Shown here: in pieces, positions 19,818-29,535 of the stretch
Position numbering within the stretch: the stretch's first letter is position 1
Layout: the number at the start of each line of letters is the position of its first letter
NCBI GenBank assembly: GCA_965214935.1
Contig: CBDCCS010000015.1
Coordinates: forward strand, 1-64,000
Direction: 5' to 3'
Source of the DNA: Candidatus Velthaea sp.
Lineage (GTDB): Bacteria; Vulcanimicrobiota; Vulcanimicrobiia; Vulcanimicrobiales; Vulcanimicrobiaceae
Length of the DNA: 64,000 bases
The notes under the pieces: generated by a model
Database searches by the model: none
The model's input: the letters and a program-made list of their open reading frames with translations, nothing else
Told to the model about the DNA's origin: nothing
Position numbers and translations under genes: made by a program

Positions 19818-21017
19818 TTGCGTGCCGCAAGCGGCAACAGTTCGATCGCCGGCGTTATCGTTGCACTCCTCATCATTGCCGTAGACATCGGTTTAGCGCG
19901 CTTGGGCTACGGCTTGCTGCTGCCGGCAGTGCGCGCAGACATCGGTGGTGCGTACGGGCTGTACGGCGCGATCGGTGCCGTGCATCTGGCGGGCTATCTG
20001 ATCGGCACCATCCTTGCCGCATGCTTTTTAAGCAATCGCGCCGGGTTGCCGCGGGTCATGTGCGGAGCGCAACTCGTGGTCGGCGGCGGGCTCTTCTGGT
20101 CGGCCTTCGCGCATGACGTGTTCAGCTTGGGCGTAACGCGCTGCGTCGTCGGGATTGCCAGCGGCGTTGCGATCATCGCCGTCGTAACCGATGCACTCGA
20201 ACGCGTTGCGCGCTCGCAACGCGGTGTAACGAGCAGCATCGCGTTTGCCGGTATCGGCGTCGGTGTGATGGCCTCTGCGCCGGCCGGTCAGTGGGCGATC
20301 GCCGATCCCGCCCGCTGGCGCGAAGTGACGCTCGTTTTTGCCGCTGCTGCTTGTATCGTTGCGCTTACCGCACTCGGCTTACGCGCGTTTATCCCGGCTG
20401 TCGAGTCGCCCGCGCAAACCGGCATTGCTTTTCGCGCCCGCGACCTCATCGGGCGCCGCTATCTACCATTCGTCGTTGCTTACACGTGCTTTGGGATCGC
20501 GTATATTTCATACGCCACCTTCGCCGTTGCTGCGTTCGCCGCGCGCGGTATTTCGGGCGCGACGCTTAGCGCCGTCTGGTTCGGTTTTGGCTTCGCGGCG
20601 ATCGTTGGTGCGCTTGCAATGGGACGCGTGCTCTCCGGCCGGTGGCATCGCTACGCACTGATGTTACCGCTGCTCGGCGGTGCGATCGGCTGCGCGCTAT
20701 CGCTATTCGAGAGTGAAGTCGCCGCAATCGCAGGGGCATTCGCCGTCGGTTCGTGCCTCTCGGCAACACCGGCCGTTGCAAGTGCGTTCGGTCGCGAACG
20801 TAGCGACGCGGCAACGTCCGCCCAGGCGTTGGCTGCAATTACGGCATGCTTCGGCGGCGGGCAGATTGCCGGTCCGCTCGTCACCGGCGCGCTCGCCGAC
20901 GTCTTCGGCCTCAAGGCAGTCGTCAGCGTCGGCGCCGGTGTTTTCCTCATCGGCGCACTCTGCGCGTACGTCGACGCGAATTACGTGTGCGGCGACGCAC
21001 GAGCAAAGATGGCGTAG
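19818..21017 (+). CDS. MFS transporter (YbfB/YjiJ-like)
   Basis: GLARLGYGLLLP motif, about 12 TM helices, GQIAGP. Confidence 0.88.
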   Translation: MRAASGNSSIAGVIVALLIIAVDIGLARLGYGLLLPAVRADIGGAYGLYGAIGAVHLAGYLIGTILAACFLSNRAGLPRVMCGAQLVVGGGLFWSAFAHDVFSLGVTRCVVGIASGVAIIAVVTDALERVARSQRGVTSSIAFAGIGVGVMASAPAGQWAIADPARWREVTLVFAAAACIVALTALGLRAFIPAVESPAQTGIAFRARDLIGRRYLPFVVAYTCFGIAYISYATFAVAAFAARGISGATLSAVWFGFGFAAIVGALAMGRVLSGRWHRYALMLPLLGGAIGCALSLFESEVAAIAGAFAVGSCLSATPAVASAFGRERSDAATSAQALAAITACFGGGQIAGPLVTGALADVFGLKAVVSVGAGVFLIGALCAYVDANYVCGDARAKMA

Positions 21018-21043
21018 CACAAGACGAAAGAAGACACCTCGGC

Positions 21044-21460
21044 ATGAACGCTACCGATCTGTCCAACATGTACCGGGCTTACATCGCTTGCCTCAACAAA
21101 CACGATTGGGCGATGCTCGAGCAATTCGTTCGGGCCGACGTTATCCACAACGGGCAGCGGATCGGATTATCGGGTTATCGCGCGATGCTCGTACGAGACC
21201 ACGATGCGATTCCCGATTTGAGCTACACTATCGAACTGCTCGTATGCGAATCGCCTTTCATTGCCAGCAGGCTCGGCTTCGCCTGTACGCCGCAACAAAC
21301 GTTCTTGGGCCTTCAAGTAAACGGCACGCGTGTGTTGTTTTCCGAAAATGTCTTCTACCAAGTGAAAGCCGCGAAGATCGAGCAAGTGTGGTCGGTCATT
21401 GACAAGGCGGCTATTGAAGCGCAATTACCCCCTTCGACACGTTCCGATAACTCTCAGTAG
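21044..21460 (+). CDS. SnoaL-like ester cyclase
   Basis: YRAYIACLN, IPDL, ENVFY and VWSVIDK motifs. Confidence 0.88.
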   Translation: MNATDLSNMYRAYIACLNKHDWAMLEQFVRADVIHNGQRIGLSGYRAMLVRDHDAIPDLSYTIELLVCESPFIASRLGFACTPQQTFLGLQVNGTRVLFSENVFYQVKAAKIEQVWSVIDKAAIEAQLPPSTRSDNSQ

Positions 21461-21591
21461 CTCTTGGTCTGACAGCGCTGTAATTCGTATGCTTGCGGTA
21501 TGGCGACGACTTGCAGTACGGTGTAGCTGCTGATTTGCGCAAGCTGCTGCAGTCCAGAATCCTTATACGTCTGCTCGGACGTATCCGATTT

Positions 21592-22257
21592 CTAAGCTGC
21601 CGGCGCTCCGTTCGCATCGGTCGATGTTGACTGTGTGGTAAAGCGAATGAACAGCGCCATCGTGCCACCGCCGCTGAAGCGAATGAAAAGCGCGCCGTCA
21701 CCGTTGCTGCGATTGTCGGCGGCGAATGCGCCGGTGTCCCCTTGCATCATGTGAATGTCGTGCACGCCGTTCTCGGGCGAAAAGCCGAACGTCGCGTCGG
21801 CGCCCGGATCGGTGAAGCCGTCGCCGAAAGCAATTGCGACTGCACCGGTGTCCGCTATCGCCCGTTGAATCTGCCCGTCGAGCAGGTTCCGTAGCGTAAT
21901 TCCACTACCGTCGGGCGGGATTTGCTGCATATCGGCAAGCCGAAACAGTCCGTCGCGAACGTAGTCGAGACCCAACCCGCCGGGGCCGGTCGCAAGCGCC
22001 GTGAAGCCCGGCTCACCGGCAGCGAGCGTTGGCAGATCGCGCTTCGTCGGCAGCGTGTAAGCCGGATCGTAGTGCGCGAGGACTTCGGAGGTATCGACGG
22101 AGCGCACGTTCACCGCGAGCCGGTAGCTGACGTCTGCCTCGATCCAAATTTCGTAATGCGGTGAAGCACCGCCGGCATTGAAACGGCCGTCTTTGACTTT
22201 TCCGACCAAGACACCATACGTGCGGCTTGCGAGTCGAGCATCATGCGAGACGAACAT
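21592..22257 (-). CDS. DUF2278 (YukJ) family protein
   Basis: YGVLVGK, PHYEI, AVNV.S, LDYVR, GVHDIHMMQG and DGALF motifs. Confidence 0.85.
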   Translation of the reverse strand: MFVSHDARLASRTYGVLVGKVKDGRFNAGGASPHYEIWIEADVSYRLAVNVRSVDTSEVLAHYDPAYTLPTKRDLPTLAAGEPGFTALATGPGGLGLDYVRDGLFRLADMQQIPPDGSGITLRNLLDGQIQRAIADTGAVAIAFGDGFTDPGADATFGFSPENGVHDIHMMQGDTGAFAADNRSNGDGALFIRFSGGGTMALFIRFTTQSTSTDANGAPAA

Positions 22258-22352
22258 AGTGGCACGCTTAGCGTCGCAAGACGTTGAAGCTTGCAAAAGG
22301 TGTCATGAACCGCCGATTCGGAACGTCACCCGTCCCGACGCTTCGCAATAGG

Positions 22353-23318
22353 ATGAATATGCAGACTGCTCCGTTCGATGTTCTGACGATGGGCCGGATC
22401 GGCGTCGACATCTATCCGCAGCAGATCGGGGTCTCGCTGCGCGAGGTCGAGACCTTCGCTAAGTTCCTCGGCGGCAGCGCAACCAATGTTGCGGTTGCCG
22501 CCGCGCGCTACGGCCGCCGTTCGGCGATTATCACGCGAACCGGCACCGACCCGTTCGGCGCATTCATTCATGACGCGCTCGCTAGATTCGGTGTCGACGA
22601 CCGCTTTGTGACGGCGGTCGCGGAGTTTCCGACGCCGGTAACGTTCTGCGAGATTTTTCCGCCCGATCACTTTCCAATTTATTTTTACCGATTGCCGAAA
22701 GCTCCGGATCTCGAAATCTACACGCACGAACTCGATCTCGATGCGATTCGCGCGGCACGCATCTTCTGGGTGACCGTTACCGGATTGAGCCAAGAACCAA
22801 GCCGCAGCGCAACGCTTGCGGCCCTGGAAGCCCGCGGCAAATCGGGGATTACCGTGCTCGACCTCGACTACCGGCCGATGTTCTGGAAGTCGCGCGAAGA
22901 GGCGCGGCCGTGGGTCCAGCAAGCCCTTGCGCACGTGACGGTCGCCGTCGGCAACCTCGATGAATGTGAGACGGCGGTCGCCGAGTCGGAACCGCGCACC
23001 GCAGCGCGCGCTCTGCGCGCGTTCGGCGTTGAACTTGCGGTCATCAAGCAGGGACCCAAAGGCGTGCTCGCAAGCGACGGTCAGGTTTGGATTGAAGTGC
23101 CGCCGGTGCCGATTACGGTCGTCAACGGACTAGGCGCAGGCGATGCCTTCGGCGGCGGGCTCTGTCACGGACTGCTCGCCGGCTGGGACATCGAGCACAG
23201 CATGCGTTTTGCCAACGCCGCCGGCGCGATCGTCGCTTCGCGCCTTGCCTGCGCCGATGCAATGCCGGACGCGGGCGAAGTTGAAGCGTTACTGCAGGGC
23301 GGTGGCGTGCATGCATGA
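22353..23318 (+). CDS. iolC: 5-dehydro-2-deoxygluconokinase
   Basis: GRIGVDIYP, LGGSATNVA, DLDYRP and the PfkB motif GAGDAFG; adjacent to iolD. Confidence 0.95.
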   Translation: MNMQTAPFDVLTMGRIGVDIYPQQIGVSLREVETFAKFLGGSATNVAVAAARYGRRSAIITRTGTDPFGAFIHDALARFGVDDRFVTAVAEFPTPVTFCEIFPPDHFPIYFYRLPKAPDLEIYTHELDLDAIRAARIFWVTVTGLSQEPSRSATLAALEARGKSGITVLDLDYRPMFWKSREEARPWVQQALAHVTVAVGNLDECETAVAESEPRTAARALRAFGVELAVIKQGPKGVLASDGQVWIEVPPVPITVVNGLGAGDAFGGGLCHGLLAGWDIEHSMRFANAAGAIVASRLACADAMPDAGEVEALLQGGGVHA

Positions 23319-25209
23319 TGCCGCAGACCGCAACGGCGCTTATCGTCCGTCCGAACGGCTAACGATGGCGCAAGCGCTCATTCGATTTTTAGCCAATCAA
23401 TTCAGTGAACGTGACGGTCTCGAACGGCGATTGATCGCCGGCTGTTTCGGTATTTTCGGTCATGGTAACGTTGCAGGCATCGGTCAAGCGCTGCTCGAGG
23501 CGCAAGCCGAAATGCGTTATTATCAAGCTCGCAACGAACAGGCGATGGTGCATACGGCCGTTGCGTACGCGCGCATGCACAATCGGTTGTCGACCTTCGC
23601 GTGCACGTCGTCGATCGGTCCGGGTGCGACGAACATGGTTACCGGCGCAGCGCTCGCGACGATCAATCGAATCCCGGTCTTGCTGCTGCCGAGCGATACG
23701 TTCGCGACGCGCAGCGCCGGAACGCTGTTGCAAGAACTCGAAGATCCGGCATCGCTCAACGTTTCGGTCAACGACTGTTTCCGGCCGGTTTCACGCTTCT
23801 GGGATCGCATCGAGCGGCCCGAACAATTGATGTCGTCGGCGCTCGCAGCGATGCGCATCTTGACCGATCCGGCCGAGACCGGTGCGGTCACCATCGCTTT
23901 GCCCGAAGACGTCCAAACCGAAGCGTTCGATTGGCCGGCGGGCTTCTTCGAAAAACGCGTATGGCGCGTGCGGCGACCGTTGCCGGATGCAACGACGCTC
24001 GACGAAGCGGCGGCGCTGCTGCGCAGCGCACAGCGGCCGCTCATCGTCGCCGGCGGCGGCGTCATTTACAGCGGTGCAGCCGGCGCGCTCAAAGCGTTCG
24101 TGGACTCAACCGGCATTCCGGTCGGCGAAACCCAAGCCGGCAAAGGCGCATTACCGTACGATGATCCGTGCGCGGTCGGCGCGATCGGCACAACCGGAAC
24201 CGCTGCCGCCAACACCCTAGCGCGCGACGCCGATGTGGTCGTAGGAATCGGAACGCGCTGGAGCGATTTTACGACCGCATCGCGCAGTCTTTTTCAGCGC
24301 CCGGGCGTCCGGTTTATCAATCTGAACGTTGCAGCGCTCGATGCATACAAGCATGGCGGCATCTCGCTTGTCGGCGACGCGCGCGAAGGTTTGCAGAGCT
24401 TGCGATCGGTGCTCGGCACCTGGTCGGTGAGCCCGGAGTATGGCGAGCAGACGCGCGCGCTTGCCGCGGCTTGGAACGCGACGGTCGATGCGGCATACGC
24501 GCAACGGCACGCACCGCTGCCGGCGCAAGCCGAGATCGTCGGCGTGGTAAACGCCGTAAGCGGACCGCGCGACGTCGTCATTTGCGCGGCCGGGAGCCTG
24601 CCCGGCGATCTGCATAAATTGTGGCGCACGCGCGATCCGAAAGGCTATCACGTCGAATACGGCTACTCGTGCATGGGTTACGAAATCGCCGGCGGTATCG
24701 GGGTGAAGATGGCCGCGCCCGACCGCGAAGTGTTCGTCATGGTCGGCGACGGTTCGTACCTGATGATGCACACCGAACTCGTTACAGCACTTGCCGAAGG
24801 CATCAAATTAACAATCGTGCTGGTGCAAAACCACGGCTTTGCATCGATCGGCGCGCTGTCTGAAAGCGTCGGTTCGCAGCGCTTCGGCACGGCCTACCGC
24901 TATCGTACTTCAGCGACCGGCATGCTCGACGGTGACGTTCTACCGGTCGATCTTGCCGCGAACGCAGAAACGTTAGGTTGCAGAGTATTGCGCGCCAAGA
25001 CGACGGAAGATTTTCGTTCGGCGCTCGAAACGGCGCGAGCGGCAAGCGCTACTACCGTGGTCTATATTGAAACCGATCCGCTCGTTGCAAGCCCAAGTTC
25101 AGCGGCTTGGTGGGATGTTCCGGTCGCCGAAGTTTCCGCATTACGCTCGACACAGCGCGCGCGCGAAACGTACCTCGATGCGAAAGAACGGCAACGCACG
25201 TATCTATAA
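23311..25209 (+). CDS. iolD: 3D-(3,5/4)-trihydroxycyclohexane-1,2-dione acylhydrolase (ThDP-dependent)
   Basis: IFGHGNVAG, SSIGPG, YHVEYGYSCMGYE, GDGSY and WWDVPVAE motifs. Confidence 0.96.
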   Translation: MHDAADRNGAYRPSERLTMAQALIRFLANQFSERDGLERRLIAGCFGIFGHGNVAGIGQALLEAQAEMRYYQARNEQAMVHTAVAYARMHNRLSTFACTSSIGPGATNMVTGAALATINRIPVLLLPSDTFATRSAGTLLQELEDPASLNVSVNDCFRPVSRFWDRIERPEQLMSSALAAMRILTDPAETGAVTIALPEDVQTEAFDWPAGFFEKRVWRVRRPLPDATTLDEAAALLRSAQRPLIVAGGGVIYSGAAGALKAFVDSTGIPVGETQAGKGALPYDDPCAVGAIGTTGTAAANTLARDADVVVGIGTRWSDFTTASRSLFQRPGVRFINLNVAALDAYKHGGISLVGDAREGLQSLRSVLGTWSVSPEYGEQTRALAAAWNATVDAAYAQRHAPLPAQAEIVGVVNAVSGPRDVVICAAGSLPGDLHKLWRTRDPKGYHVEYGYSCMGYEIAGGIGVKMAAPDREVFVMVGDGSYLMMHTELVTALAEGIKLTIVLVQNHGFASIGALSESVGSQRFGTAYRYRTSATGMLDGDVLPVDLAANAETLGCRVLRAKTTEDFRSALETARAASATTVVYIETDPLVASPSSAAWWDVPVAEVSALRSTQRARETYLDAKERQRTYL

Positions 25210-25290
25210 CGCTGTTACGAGCGCCGCCGGTACGCATCGAGCGCTAGCCCGGAACGACGCTCATTCAATGTCGGAGATCGCGCCGATCGG

Positions 25291-25689
25291 CTACCAGGTG
25301 GGCCGGATCGGGCCGGTTCCCACTGCCGGCGCGAGAGCGGCGCGCAACGCCTCGAAACGAGTTGTGCCGAGACGCGCGCGCATTGTCGCTTCGGCGCAGG
25401 CGGCTGCTGCGTCGGCTGCTGCCGTACAGGCACGGCCGCGCGCCGGCGACAGTAGCCACGCGCCACGAGTTGTTCCACAAGTTGGCTTGCCGCTTGTTTG
25501 GAAACACCGAAGTATGCGGCTAAGTCGCCGATCGTTGCCTCAGCCGCGCTCAAACGAATAAAAGCAAAGCCGTGTGCCGGCCGGACGTCGGTGAAGCCGC
25601 GCCTCTTAAACCCGTCTGAATCGCCTCAACGAGTTCGGTCGCGGCGCAAGACGAGAAACGTCAACGGTGGCGAGTCATCGATCGTTCAT
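25291..25689 (-). pseudogene. Decayed MarR-family regulator
   Basis: Fragments in shifting frames: DDSPPLTFLVL / AATELVEAIQTGL / RRGFTDVRPAHGFAF...GVSKQAASQLVEQLVARGY / ARGRACT...GPIRPTW*. The wing segment is missing. Confidence 0.8.
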
Positions 25690-25702
25690 TCTTGACACAC
25701 AA

Positions 25703-25739
25703 GACAAGAACGTTGACTACAATAGACAAGCTACTTGAC
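25703..25739. promoter_or_regulatory. Two near-palindromic operator-like boxes between the MarR and cupin remnants
   Basis: GACAAGAACGTTGAC (25703-25717) and GACAAGCTACTTGAC (25725-25739), 22 bp apart. Confidence 0.55.
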
Positions 25740-25760
25740 GACATTTTTTAAAGTGGTTCG

Positions 25761-25919
25761 ATGCCGGCCGACGCCGGCGACGTCATCTACGCACCGGCGC
25801 ATGCCGAGCTTCGCGTGGACACCGGTGCGGTTTCCGCGGCCGCCTGGGTGACCGCAACGGCCGGTTTGGAAGCGGTACTGCAGGACGGCACGCGGCTCGT
25901 TCCGCCACGGACGCTTTAA
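25761..25919 (+). pseudogene. C-terminal remnant of a cupin-domain protein
   Basis: Translates as MPADAGDVIYAPAHAELRVDTGAVSAAAWVTATAGLEAVLQDGTRLVPPRTL*. This keeps cupin motif 2 (GD.I..P) and lacks motif 1; divergent from the MarR remnant. Confidence 0.65.
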
Positions 25920-25960
25920 ATTCAAACGCGTCAGCGCCGACTCTCGGTCAATGACGGGCC

Positions 25961-26893
25961 CTACGTGCTCGCGACCGGCTGCACGATCGTGTAACCGGCG
26001 CTCGCGAGCGCTTGGGACAACTCTCGATGGCCCATGCGCGCATATTCGAGCGGTGGGGCTGTGGCCGGATCTTGCTCCGCCTCGACGATGAACCAGCCGC
26101 AATAGCCCGCATCGGCCAAACGCTGCACGATCGGGCCGAAATCAATGGCGCCGTCGCCCGGAACGGTGAACACACCGCGCAGCACGGCGCCGAGGAACGA
26201 CTCCCTTCGGCTGTCGAGATCGGCCAGAATCGCAGGCCGGACGTCTTTCGCGTGTACGTGCACGACGCGCTCGGCATGCAGGTCGAGCACGCGCAACGGA
26301 TCGGCTCCGGCAAAAACCAAATGCCCGGTATCGAACAACAGTCCGACTGCCGGGCCCGTCGCCGCCATCAGCCGATCGATGTCATGTTCGTCTTCGATCG
26401 CGGTTCCTATATGGTGATGAAACGCAAAAGCCAACCCGGACGCGCGCACGAACTCGGCGAACAGCGTTAATTTACGTCCGTAGGCGATGACCTCGTCATC
26501 GTGGAGACGGCGCCGATTTGCAAGCGGAACGTCTTGCCGGTTTTGTATCGTCCCGGCCGTTTCTCCATAGACGAACACGGTCGCGCCGCAATCGCGAAAT
26601 AATGCAAGCTGCGCGCACGCTCGATCTTCTTCTGCTTCGAGATCCGTATCGAGCAGCGTTCCGGAATACCAGCCGCCGACCAAACGCAACTCGTAACTCG
26701 CTAATAACGGTCCGAGCTCGTCGCGCGTCCGTGGAAATTTCCCGCCCATTTCGGTGCCGAGGAAGCCGGCCGCACGTGATTCGCCTAGACACGTGGCAAG
26801 CGACGTATCGCCGCCGAGTTGCGGTAAATCGTCGTTCGTCCAGGCAATCGGCGAAATGCCGAGCTTCGCCCGTAACAAAATCGTATCGCTCAT
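25961..26893 (-). CDS. iolE: Myo-inosose-2 dehydratase
   Basis: SPIAWTNDD, HHHIGT, DTGH, HVHAKD, FTVPGDG and VEAEQDP motifs. Confidence 0.96.
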   Translation of the reverse strand: MSDTILLRAKLGISPIAWTNDDLPQLGGDTSLATCLGESRAAGFLGTEMGGKFPRTRDELGPLLASYELRLVGGWYSGTLLDTDLEAEEDRACAQLALFRDCGATVFVYGETAGTIQNRQDVPLANRRRLHDDEVIAYGRKLTLFAEFVRASGLAFAFHHHIGTAIEDEHDIDRLMAATGPAVGLLFDTGHLVFAGADPLRVLDLHAERVVHVHAKDVRPAILADLDSRRESFLGAVLRGVFTVPGDGAIDFGPIVQRLADAGYCGWFIVEAEQDPATAPPLEYARMGHRELSQALASAGYTIVQPVAST

Positions 26894-27016
26894 TGATGGA
26901 AGTCACTAAGCGAGTCGCCGGCTTTCCTGCGTGTGTTGCCTCCAAGGCCGCGAGCGTGCTTGGGCAACTGTCGGTTTATGACCGTCGCGGCTCGCGACGA
27001 GTGGACTCAGTTGCAG

Positions 27017-28267
27017 CTAACGCACCGTGACGAGCAAGGATTCGAGGGCCAGTACGAGCGCAACCGGCATTACCAGTGCGCCGACACGTAGAAACGTTAA
27101 GGCACTGATTTCTATTCGTTCGCGGCGCAGCGCAATGAGCCAGAGGACCGTCGCCAGCGATCCGGTTACCGACAAATTCGGACCGAGATCGATGCCGATC
27201 GCGACCGCGCTGCGCAACGCGTCGTGACCGTGCAGCGCGGTCAGGCTCGATCCGGCGATCAAGCCGGCCGGCAAATTATTCACCGCATTCGTTACCAGCG
27301 CCGTAACGCCGCCCGCTCCAAGCACGCCGAGAGCGGCCGGCCACATCCCGGTCGCGTCTACCGCCGCTCGGGTCAGTTGCAGGAAGCCGGTTCGCTCGAT
27401 GCCCTCGACGAGCACGAACAGGCCTGCAACCAACGCCAGCACCGACCACGATACGGTGCGAACCACGTCAAAACCGGCGCGCCGGTCGCGTAGGAGCACA
27501 GCGCCGAACACGGCGGCCCCCGCAAGACAAGTGACGATGCCCAGCGGTGCGCCGAGCGCCGAGGCAACGATGAGCGCAAGCGCCGTCGCACCAATGCCCG
27601 ATAAGGCGATGCGCCCGTTGGCGCTCAAGGCGGCAGCATCGATATCGGTGTCGATCGTCCCGCGCAGATCGGCCCGCGAAACGAGCAGCAGCAACAGAAA
27701 CGTGGCGCCGATGGCCGCCAACGACGGCAAGCTGAACGTCCGCAACCACGCCGCGAGCGGCGGCATACGCGCTGCGAACACCACGAGGTTGGCTGGATTC
27801 GATATCGGCAACACGAAGCTCGCCGCATTGGCGATGAAAGCGCATGCCAGCAGGTAGGGCACCGGCTCGGCACGCGCCTTCCGCACGACTGCAGCGACGG
27901 CCGGCGTGAGAACGACCGCCGTTGCATCGTTCGACAACACCGTCGTGACGATGATGCCGACGCCGTAAACAAGCACGAACAGCCGCCGTCGCGAGCCGTT
28001 CGCCGCGGCAACCGCGCGTCCGGCGATCCAATCGAAAACGCCTTCCCGGCGGGCAAGCTCCGCCAGCACCATCATACCGGTTAAAAACAAATAGACGTCC
28101 GTTCCGCGTCCGACGGCTCGCATGAAAGCGGCCGGGGACAGCAGTCCGGTGACAACGAGCAGCACTGCACCGCCGAGCGCCCAGATCCACTCGGCAATCG
28201 CCGCCGGACGAAACAAGACACCGGCGACGCTCAGCGCGCAGATCGCCCAAATTGCCGCGTCGGTTAT
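27017..28267 (-). CDS. ArsB/NhaD-family membrane transporter; probable ATA start
   Basis: SNDATAVVLTP, ANAASFVLPISNPANL, NNLPA and GPNLSVTGSLAT motifs. The first TM helix (TDAAIWAI...RP) begins at ATA overlapping the upstream stop. Confidence 0.88.
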   Translation of the reverse strand: MTDAAIWAICALSVAGVLFRPAAIAEWIWALGGAVLLVVTGLLSPAAFMRAVGRGTDVYLFLTGMMVLAELARREGVFDWIAGRAVAAANGSRRRLFVLVYGVGIIVTTVLSNDATAVVLTPAVAAVVRKARAEPVPYLLACAFIANAASFVLPISNPANLVVFAARMPPLAAWLRTFSLPSLAAIGATFLLLLLVSRADLRGTIDTDIDAAALSANGRIALSGIGATALALIVASALGAPLGIVTCLAGAAVFGAVLLRDRRAGFDVVRTVSWSVLALVAGLFVLVEGIERTGFLQLTRAAVDATGMWPAALGVLGAGGVTALVTNAVNNLPAGLIAGSSLTALHGHDALRSAVAIGIDLGPNLSVTGSLATVLWLIALRRERIEISALTFLRVGALVMPVALVLALESLLVTVR

Positions 28268-29535
28268 GGGCGACGTCCGAGCATAACAGCGGCTTGAGCC
28301 GGGACGGGATGCCGACCGACAAACAAGACGATTGCGGCCGCGAGTATGCAGAGCACGCCCGAAGAGATGAACGCGGCGTCGTAACTGAGCGTGAGAGTAC
28401 GAATGAGCCCGGCCAAGAACGCCGTTAGACCGGCGCCGAGTTGGTGGCCCGCGGCGATCCAGCCGAACATCAGCGGCGCGCGTGCGCGTCCGAACGCATT
28501 CGTGGCCAGCCGGAGCGTCGGCGGTACCGTGGCGATCCAATCCAAGCCGTAAAATATTGCAAAAACAGGCAAGCCGACGGCGGCGATCCCGAACGCTGCC
28601 GGCAAACACAGCAACGATATGCCGCGTAGACCGTAATAGGCAAAAAGCAACAAGCGGCTATCGTAACGATCGGAAAGCCAGCCGGAAGCCGTCGTACCGA
28701 TCAAATCGAAAATACCCATTGCAGCGAGCAGACCGGCGGCCTGCACCGGCGCGATACCATGATCGCCGCAAGCCGGGACGAGATGCGTGCCGATCAGTCC
28801 ATTCGTACTCGCGCCGCAGATGAAGAAACTGCCCGCAAGCAGCCAAAAGTCGCGCGACCGCGCGCCATCGCGCAATGCTTGCAGCGTCGTTACGAATGGA
28901 TTTGTGCGCAAACGTTGCGGCGCGACGACCGCAGTCGCGCCGTAGGCCGGGATGCCGATATCCGCGGGATGTTCGCGGAGCAAGACCAGCACCACGGGCA
29001 CGAGCGTCAAGCAAATCGCCCCGAGTACCAGCACTTCGGCGCGCCAACCGCTGCGCGCGACCAGCAATCCGAAGAGCGGTAAGAAAACGAGTTGTCCCGT
29101 CGCACTGCTGGCCGTTAAAATGCCCATAACCGTTCCGCGGTTCGTTTCGAACCAGCGATTGACGATCGTTGCGCCGAGAATCAGCCCGACGCTGCCCGTC
29201 CCCGTCCCAACCATCGCACCCCAGGTAACGATCAATTGCCAAACCTGGGTCATCCAGGCGGACGCGCCTGCAGCGAGACCGAGCAACGCGAGCGCGGCGG
29301 CAACGATGCGCCGCACGCCGAAGCGTTCCATGATCGCGGCTGCAAATGGCCCGGCAAGACCGTAAAGCGCGATATTGATTCCGATCGCAGCCGAAATCGT
29401 CGCCGGAGTCCAGCCGAATTCGCGTTCGAGCGGGACGATGAACATCGTGGGGGCCGAACGAACGCCGGCCGCCGTAATCATCAGCGCAAATGCAATTGCA
29501 GCAACGAGATACGCGTGATGCGCGCGAATGTTCAC
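28264..29535 (-). CDS. MFS transporter
   Basis: About 12 TM helices; SFFICGASTNG, GLDWIATVPPT and HQLGA motifs; GTGA overlap with the upstream gene. Confidence 0.92.
   Translation of the reverse strand: MNIRAHHAYLVAAIAFALMITAAGVRSAPTMFIVPLEREFGWTPATISAAIGINIALYGLAGPFAAAIMERFGVRRIVAAALALLGLAAGASAWMTQVWQLIVTWGAMVGTGTGSVGLILGATIVNRWFETNRGTVMGILTASSATGQLVFLPLFGLLVARSGWRAEVLVLGAICLTLVPVVLVLLREHPADIGIPAYGATAVVAPQRLRTNPFVTTLQALRDGARSRDFWLLAGSFFICGASTNGLIGTHLVPACGDHGIAPVQAAGLLAAMGIFDLIGTTASGWLSDRYDSRLLLFAYYGLRGISLLCLPAAFGIAAVGLPVFAIFYGLDWIATVPPTLRLATNAFGRARAPLMFGWIAAGHQLGAGLTAFLAGLIRTLTLSYDAAFISSGVLCILAAAIVLFVGRHPVPAQAAVMLGRRP

Noticed and set aside
26894..27016. Structured ncRNA between the ArsB-like gene and iolE
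   Set aside because: Only imperfect GC-rich hairpins, with no recognisable riboswitch or sRNA signature.
27017..28267. Arsenic resistance operon
   Set aside because: No arsR, arsC or arsA nearby; the family includes many transporters unrelated to arsenic.
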